From: Lingula anatina
Lineage: Eukaryota > Animalia > Brachiopoda
DNA: 64,000 bases
NCBI GenBank assembly: GCA_051362555.1
Contig: CM120641.1
Span: forward strand, 22,134,001-22,198,000
Direction: 5' to 3'
Under the pieces are notes generated by a model, which saw only the letters and a program-made list of their open reading frames with translations, was not told the DNA's origin and did no database searches. Both the position numbers and the translations under genes were made by a program. Below are positions 38,101 through 64,000 of the stretch, piece by piece (the first letter of the stretch is position 1; every line of letters starts with the position of its first letter).

Positions 38101-41100
38101 TTGCTACAGTATATGCAGAGGTATCTCAGCTGTGTTTAACCTATCTATATCCACAGTTCTTTTATACAGTTATATTATATGCAAAGTGGCTCTGTAAGAT
38201 ACAACTCATGCATGTTTTACTGTGCTCTATCCAGGTGAGTGTTATCCAGAACTGTGTCCCTTCCCTTAAACCCTGGAGAGCTGCCAGAGCACACACCACC
38301 TTCCTCATCCTGCTGCTGCTGGCCTTCTTTGTGACTGTAGTGGCAGTAGTATACAGTATTGTGTTGTGAGTATTGGCTCAAAACTGTGCTGTTTCACTGT
38401 TATATCAGTATTGTGTTGAAGGTATCATTATAAGCTGAATATTGTGTTGGATCACTGCTATATCTGTATTGTATAGTATCACTGTTATATCAGTACTGAG
38501 TTGCAAGTATCACTCTTATATCAGTATTGCATCATAATAATCACTGCTATCTTAGTAACATGCAAAATTGTCAAGTATTACTATTGCCACCCTGTGTGTA
38601 AATTTTGTCATTGTAATATGTGTTGAATACAGAATTGTATATAGCATTGTGATATGAGTGGATTGCGTTATTGTATTTTGAATATCAGTGCTTTCTTACT
38701 GATATACGGTATTGTATTTCACTTGTCACTGTTGTGCAAGTTACATATAGTATTGAAATGCTTTCCATTTAGAGTGTATCTTACATAACTGTTGTACCTT
38801 TTTGAGTGCAAAATGTTTGCATACACTTAAAAGTAATAAACCTGACTGAATGATCAGCACTTAAGTATATTCTCCTGCAAAACCAACAGTCACTTTTAAT
38901 TAGATTGTTTTATTCAGCAACAGTCCTGTCATATATCCTGATCAGATGCACAGCATCAAGTTTTGAATTTGATAAATCCACAGGGACTGCGAGCAAAATT
39001 AACTGCAGACCATTATAAATACTTGAATCATTATATAATACATATTTACAAATTCTATTCTTTTTATTACAATCTCAGTATCAAACCCTCTGAAACATGT
39101 GGGCCATATCGAGGTATGAATGAATCATATGAAGTGGTAACTGAGATGATAACTGCTTGGCAGGTTAAGGTATCAGGACTTGGTGATGCCATTGCATTTA
39201 TCACTTCTCCAGGCTTTGTAGCAGGAATTATCACTGTTTTATCGTGAGTATGGCCATTTAAATCATTTTATTACCACTGTTAAGACAAATCAATGTCATC
39301 AGTGAATGGTTAGGATTTATGGCAGACATTAATACACTTTAAAGTGTGGTCATTATTATTGTGGTAATTGTGGACATTTATTCAGTCTATTTCTGATGGA
39401 GTTAGGTGATGAAAATTGTCTCTGAATGTCTTGGGAGTTTTGGAGAATGTTACAATGTAACACTTACAAAATTACAGCTTTTGATTTTCTTCCCAGAATT
39501 TTTGTGTACTACACACATGAGGTGACAGTTGGTCACAAGGCAATGGTGGAACTTATGAAAAGACAACTTCAGATGGTAATTTATTTTTGATTTATCAAGA
39601 AATTTATTAGCAAAAGTAGTTTTTCCTATTAATAAGCAGTAAATGACTCAGTTGTGCCTAAATTAAAACAGTGCAGCAGAACTAGCAGTTTTAAGACAAA
39701 GCAGTACTTCAGGTCAAGCATTTTAATAAATAATGGCAAGTTTTTTGGCACTGATTAGATTTAAGCAAGGTAAAAAAGCTTAAGGATGGGTTTTGAATTT
39801 CACAGTTCAATTAGCACATAAAAGGTGCCAATTTCATTTTCAGCATTTTGATTTATCTATATTAATGAATGCAGTACATTAAATCCAATATCTTGCTCTG
39901 TTCGTTTATCTTTTTCAATTGATTTTAAAGGTTAAAATCATTGTTTTCTCCATCATCAGGAGGGCAGGGACAAGGTGTTCCTGCTGAAGATGCTTCAAGA
40001 TGTCAACAAGAAGGCACCAGCAGCCGAGCAGGTGAACAGAAGAGTTCAGACACTTAACCAAGATCTGGATAATTCCAGTGTGGGTCTTCCCATGTCTCCA
40101 GGTATACTGCTGTTAACCACCGGTACCCCTTCATTGTCTGACAGAATTTTGAAATGATTTGCTTATATCTGCTGTATATATATAGATCTTTGTTGTTTGA
40201 ATTTCAATACAAACACTTTTTTATATGAATTTATATGAGGGAAAATATTTTCTTTTGACTCTCATTTGTGATTATCACTTATTAAGAACAAGAAGTTAAT
40301 CTTACTGGTGCTTTCTTTGTCAGGAGGAAGAACATTTGCCAAAGTAGAGTCTGCTGCCAAAGATGCGAAGAAAATGGATTCTCCAGCTATGAACAAAAAG
40401 GGCAAAAAGTACCTTGCAACCCAAGAGCAGGAAGATGTAGGTTCAGGGGCTGATAGCCCCAGTAGGCGACGTAAAGACATCATGTCTGGCCCTGCACAGG
40501 GCACATCCCCTGAGTCCCGACATGGTCAGCGCCCTTATACTGAACTGTGGGTGCCTGGGTCATCATCTAACAACAATGCCACTCCCTCCAAGGCTGGTCC
40601 TGACAGGAGGGAAGAGATGTTTAACCCTTCCTATGAGGAACGCTCTCCCAGAAATGAAAGGAAGAATGACCCTGATTCCAGATACAGGCAAGATCCAGTC
40701 AGAGGAGGATCACATCAGAGCATGGAACCCAGGGGGGTGGGGCATGACCCCAGAGGTATGGGACATGTTCCCCAAGGGATGAGGCCACACCCTGGACAGG
40801 ACCCCAGGGGAATGGAACCTTATCCTGGACAGGACCCCAGAGGAATGGGAATGCACCCTGGACAGGACCCCAGAGGAATGGGACCATACCCTGGACAGGA
40901 TCCAAGAGGAGTGGGAATGCACCCTGGACAGGACCCCAGAGGAATGGGACCATACCCTGGACAGGACCCCAGGGGAATGGCACCTTACCCTGGACAGGAC
41001 CCCAGAGGAATGGGAATGCACCCTGGACAGGACCCCAGAGGAATGGGACCATATCCTGGACAGGACCCCAGAGGAATGGGACCATACCCTGTGCAGGACC

Positions 41101-41249
41101 CCAGGGGAATGGGACCGTACCCTGGGCAGGACCCTAGGGGGATGGAACCATACCCTGGGCAGGACCCCAGGGGCATGGGGCCTCTTCCAGGACATGGCCA
41201 GAGAAGGAAAAGCAAAGACAATGCTGGGAAGAAAAACAAGAGAAAATGA
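20102..41249 (+). CDS. Transmembrane channel-like (TMC) protein, probably TMC5/7-like, 19 coding exons, ~1081 aa
   Basis: Exons 20102-20117 (or 20732-20750 or 23879-23936), 27500-27700, 28320-28566, 29100-29184, 32682-32881, 33064-33127, 33356-33510, 34032-34182, 34438-34593, 34811-34953, 35281-35395, 36708-36805, 37157-37252, 37825-37900, 38235-38365, 39079-39243, 39497-39575, 39960-40101, 40324-41249 join in frame (3246 nt). TMC signatures: [91 protein letters not shown]. Confidence 0.93.
29290..29343. repeat. (TCCGCCGGC)n GC-rich 9-mer repeat in the element 5' region
   Basis: ~6 units read directly. Confidence 0.9.
30249..32245. repeat. 146-bp tandem array, ~13.7 monomers
   Basis: Same monomer as 831-8520; the two arrays differ by 5693 bp = 39x146 - 1. 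Confidence 0.97.
33494..33672. repeat. Degenerate ~31-bp minisatellite spanning a TMC 5' splice site
   Basis: First unit ATTCTTGTCATGATTAG|GTAAGTTTTCTCTTG, then ~5 decayed intronic copies (e.g. ATTCTTGTAATGATCAGGTACAAAGTTTTTCATTG). Confidence 0.75.
38350..38590. repeat. Degenerate ~30-bp minisatellite beginning at a TMC exon end
   Basis: Exon end TATACAGTATTGTGTT|GTGAGTAT resembles the intronic units TCACTGTTATATCAGTATTGTGTTGAAGGTAT etc. Confidence 0.65.
40791..41186 (+). repeat. Coding 33-bp tandem repeat, 12x PGQDPRG(M/V)xx(Y/H/L), in the TMC last exon
   Basis: Visible in ORF 40308-41249; synonymous variation between units. Confidence 0.95.
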
Positions 41250-44200
41250 AAGTTCAGAATTACGTAGGTGCACTATAGACTTATGCAAGAATTCCAAATA
41301 TATGCTAAAATGCACTCATTCTAATGTATTGGTTGTGTATCCAAAAATATATGCACTAAAGTCTTAATAAACCTACATATCTGTGGGAGCATTCATGATG
41401 GTAAAATAATAGAAGCTTTAAAGTAAAGCTTGACATGCAGCATGTGTGCAGAAATTAATTATACCAACAAGGGCTGAAATGCGAATATGTGATTTGATAC
41501 GTACTTTTGAATTATGCCAAATCCATGAAGCTGAGAAGTTTTATTCCCAGTAAATTATTAGAAAATATGTTTTGTTGACTCATGAGTACTAATTCACCTG
41601 GCAAAAAGTATAATTTTAATGCAGATTTGTTAAATGAAGTGCCTTAGTATTTTAATAAAAAGTAATAAATAATTAACAAACTAGTTTTTAACTAAATGTC
41701 AGCCATTTAAATATCATATGTGCAACAATAGCTTAGGTGTTTGTTTTTAATGACAGACAGGTGTTTTTATAATCTTATTAATCATTAAAATTTTTCGTGA
41801 TTAAAACTATTTTAACATTGAGTTCAGATGCATTTTAATACCTCTGTCTGAAACATTATTTGTAAATATGAATTCCAGGAGTAACTGAATTGGATGCTAT
41901 AACTTGGGTATTCATACATGGAAATGTAAATTCCATATGATAAGTAGCTAATGTGAGTTGGCTTTTATTCCTCGAATAATGGAAGTTAGTGGTTTGTTCC
42001 TCCAATACAGTTGCCTTCCGTACAGACTTATTTCAGTTTATCATGTAGCCAAAATACTATGTATTTTCACATTTTATTTTCTATTTTGTTAAATTTAGAT
42101 TCAAACTTAAATACCAAAACTTGGTAGGTTCAAGTAGAGAGAGAACTGTGTTATCATTGGACAATCAAAACTGTACAACCAAATTGGTCATTATGTACAT
42201 ATCAATTATGTTATGGTTGTGTGGAATTAATGTGAAAAGTAACATTGTTTTTGTGATATCAACATTAATTTATGTTCGTAAATGTTCAATTTTTAGTATT
42301 TTAGAAACTGTCAATACACCATATGTGACAGTGGATGTCTTCCAAAGTTACAATCCTTGCAGCAGTGGCTGTCTCTCAGGCTAGTATAAATCATTTGTGA
42401 TCTAAATACTAATGCAACAAAACTGGTACATGACTAATAATAAGGCAAGCAGAAGTGCATTAAGAATATTCTAGCATTCCTTTATTGTGGGAGATCTCTG
42501 GATTACCATCACATTATGTGATGGAATGATTTCAATGCCCACTTGGCAAAACTTGTATGTACAAATATAGAGCTGTTGGTTTCACTATTTATCTATCATT
42601 TTCTTCCAAATTATTTTGTCATTACATTAATATTAAATATATTTTGAGAATCCAGATGTACTAATCCAGGCTCTGGCAGGGAACTGCTGATGTAGGTTGT
42701 GTTATCTTTACTCGTTCATATTTTGCAATCACACTTTCTTACCAAATAAAGTTAATAGTTAATTGTGAATATTGCTTTTGGTTTAATTTCTCTGAATCTG
42801 ATCGCTGTCTAAGCCCATCGGCTGTTTCACAATCAGGGTGAACAATTAAATGTGGTTAATGTTACAAGTGTCTGATAAATTAACAATTGGAGATTGCTGA
42901 TAGACTAATATCAAAGACACTGTTCATAGGAGCAAAATAAAAAAAGAATTATAATAATCGGATCACAATTTACAAAAATATAGCCAATTACGTGTTCAAA
43001 AAGTACCTATTTTTAGCTGTTACGGTGGGTCATTTGCAATTAAGGTCATAAAGATGATGCACTAGCTCTTTATGTCAATGATTTATGGTGAATATGATAT
43101 TGGTATGTAATTCCCACAACATCTGTCTTCTCTTCTAGCAGGTACATCCAAAGATGGACCTGCTAGAAAAAAAATATTTTAACCATTTTGAAGAAACGGG
43201 CTTTGGTACACGTTTTACTTATTTTTGTTAATGCAATGAAAAACATATTTGATAAGTCCAAATATTACTTTGAAATCACCTACGTGATGATAAGATGAAT
43301 TTACCATGTTATGACTTAAACATAATAAAGGAGTTGTGCATATGTAACCATTGTTGTTAATGCTATGGTATTTATAATCATGAGCCCCTTTGTGTCTCCT
43401 ACTTTTTGTAGTGTCCGTACCCCCCCCCCCCCCATCTGTTTTATTTTTGTTATGTTTTCTTTTTAATTGTTTCTCAAACACTGGCATTTTTAATAAGTGA
43501 CTTTAAACTCCCATCCGCCTGAGGCTCTGCACATTTTCTGTATTTCCACATAAGCAGTTGTATTGGTATTTATGTCTTTAAACATTATGTTAATATTATT
43601 TTATGCACTGTCATCATTTTTCAAATATTGGGACTTTCATCATGTAGTTTGAACTCTCATGGTCTTGAAACTAATCTTATTGAAGGGGTGGATTGAGACC
43701 ATCCTCTGGGTCTTCCGGAAGACGGTCAGATTTTAAAGTTTATATTGATGGGTATCTATTTTTTTCTGTTGGAAGACCGTCAAAATGGAGGATGGATCAA
43801 CAAAGATACTTTGGAATACTTTTAGGGAATATCTCTGTTATTGATCATGTTACCTGTTGTGCATGATTAAAATTCAGTCTTGACTGACTGTGCATCATAA
43901 GCATTATTTATTATTGCATCAAAATTGACAAAATGACCTATTTTGCATCTTTAATTTCTGTTTTTTGTCTGTACATTTGACAGCTTTGCTGCCTTGTTAT
44001 TGTTTTCAATTTATTTTTTTAAAACTTTACTATCAAAATAAAATATTATTTTTATTAAAATTTAATTATTATTATTATTTTTTTTTTTTGCACTGTTAGA
44101 TGCATAATTGCCAAGCCATATTTTATTTTATCTCAAATTTGCTTTGTGGCTTTGTTTGTGAAATGGCAAGTTCCTTTTAATATATGGTCATTGTGCTTCA

Positions 44201-45316
44201 CATATTTTTATTACTTCCACCCCAAATTTTGTAGGATAGTTCATACTGACTGGATTTTGTTTTATTTGTGTACAGAATAACCTCTTGGATCAGTGGCTTC
44301 TGCCAACCCAGGCCATCCAGAGGTTGTGTGAAGGATAGATTCTGTCTCCAAAATTTTTCCATTGCATTCCAGTATTAAGAAAAGTGATATATATATATAT
44401 ATGTGCAATACTAATGCTATGAACATTATTTTCACGTACAGCTTTATTCAGCATCTTGGCACTGAACTCACATATGGCTCCTTTTATTAAATGTAAATAA
44501 GAAAAAAAAATACAAAAAAAATCAGAAATATAAACAGCTTAAAGACAACAATGTTAATGAATTGACAAAAGATTACTTAAATATAAACTCAGTCAACTTA
44601 AATGCAATACAGATGCTTTTAGTAACCCCCAGGAAATTTAACCTGGAGGAAGAGGATTGATTTTACATACATAAACATTTCAAGACCAGCTCATATGTTT
44701 CAAGGCCATTTCATTGCACAACCAACTTATATGAGCATATTAACTTTGTGCCTTGCTGGCTACTTATTAACATAAAATATTTTCCTATTAAATATCAATG
44801 TACAGATTGTACAAAATGGAAATCGATAGCAATAAAACATTCTTAACAATTAATACGTGATTCAGTCATTTCTCAAATGTCATCAAGAAAAATAAACTTC
44901 ACAAGTTGTAAAAAATAAACCATTCCATGTTCTCAACAAGATTCTTTGAACAGATCTGGTATATGTACGTAACTTAAGGCTTGATTTAATACCATGCCAC
45001 CAGTAAATTCTTAAACAACAGATTGCCTCTTTCTATCAATAAACCTTAATGTATCCCTTTTAAACAGAAGCAATAGTTTTGATTAAACATTTATATCTCA
45101 GATCTGGTAGGAAAAGAAAATATGGATGTCTTTTTTCTAAAATATATAATTATTTATACAAAAGAATCTTTAGCCATCTTTTCTATAATTAGATAGTCTT
45201 TGGCATGTTCCTATTAATATCTGACAAAAATGTAAAAACATTAAAACTGTAATGTCAATAGAAATGCCTTCTGGTGCATAGTTATCAAATACATTATCAC
45301 AGACTTTATGCTCAAA

Positions 45317-63684
<18,368 letters not shown>

Positions 63685-64000
63685 TTTCAGTTTTGTATCC
63701 CAATAGCACATGTAGCTTCATGTGAGAAAAGAAAATATACGCAAGTCACATCGTAAATAATAAATTGGATAATTTACATTTCTTTAAAGAATTCCTTTCT
63801 TCCACATTAACGTAGCGGATGAATATTGGTTACTAGGAAGAGTAATATATTTGACCTAGTTGAAACCTGCATGCGGTTTCCATCCAATCAAATTGATTAG
63901 GCAAGGCTACATTCAAACTTGAGACGTGCGCGGCATATTTTAAATAGATCACTAATGAAAGCAAGGAAATAACTTATATATCAAACAAAAACGTAAATTG

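Noticed and set aside
40699-41315. Several minus-strand ORFs over the 33-bp repeat
   Set aside because: Stop-free shadows of the coding repeat in the TMC last exon.
43133-43168. Hairpin TTCTAGCAGGTACATC-caaa-GATGGACCTGCTAGAA, and another at ~44279-44326
   Set aside because: Isolated intergenic stem-loops with no recognisable RNA family or element boundaries; too short for a miRNA precursor call.

Overview
AT-rich, intron-containing animal DNA (most likely a mollusc or other lophotrochozoan; taxon inferred only). By reading splice sites and reading frames by hand I reconstruct five genes: (1) the last two exons of a deoxynucleoside kinase (TK2/dNK family, +); (2) a complete 14-exon FAM227A-like gene (-) with two minor-spliceosome (U12) introns, one of them AT-AC; (3) chibby/CBY1 (+), head-to-head with FAM227A as in human; (4) a 19-exon TMC channel gene (+) with three candidate alternative first exons and a C-terminal 12x(PGQDPRGMGPY) repeat; (5) a 25-exon, ~1,996-aa gene (-) with an unusual architecture: FSIP2/ERICH3-like N-terminal motif, a 5-nt micro-exon, TQT motifs, one PLAT domain, an RS tract, ~4 ankyrin repeats and an ~820-aa acidic Thr/Glu/Ser repeat tail. 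Two ~98% identical copies of a non-autonomous Helentron/HINE-like element sit in introns and carry internal 146-bp satellite arrays of ~53 and ~14 monomers, each monomer with a DR1 nuclear-receptor site. Also present: a TIR element with a RecQ-helicase remnant (AcademH-like), a small MITE, three intronic repeats derived from exon/intron junctions, and microsatellites. No database searches were possible; all homology calls are from recognised motifs.
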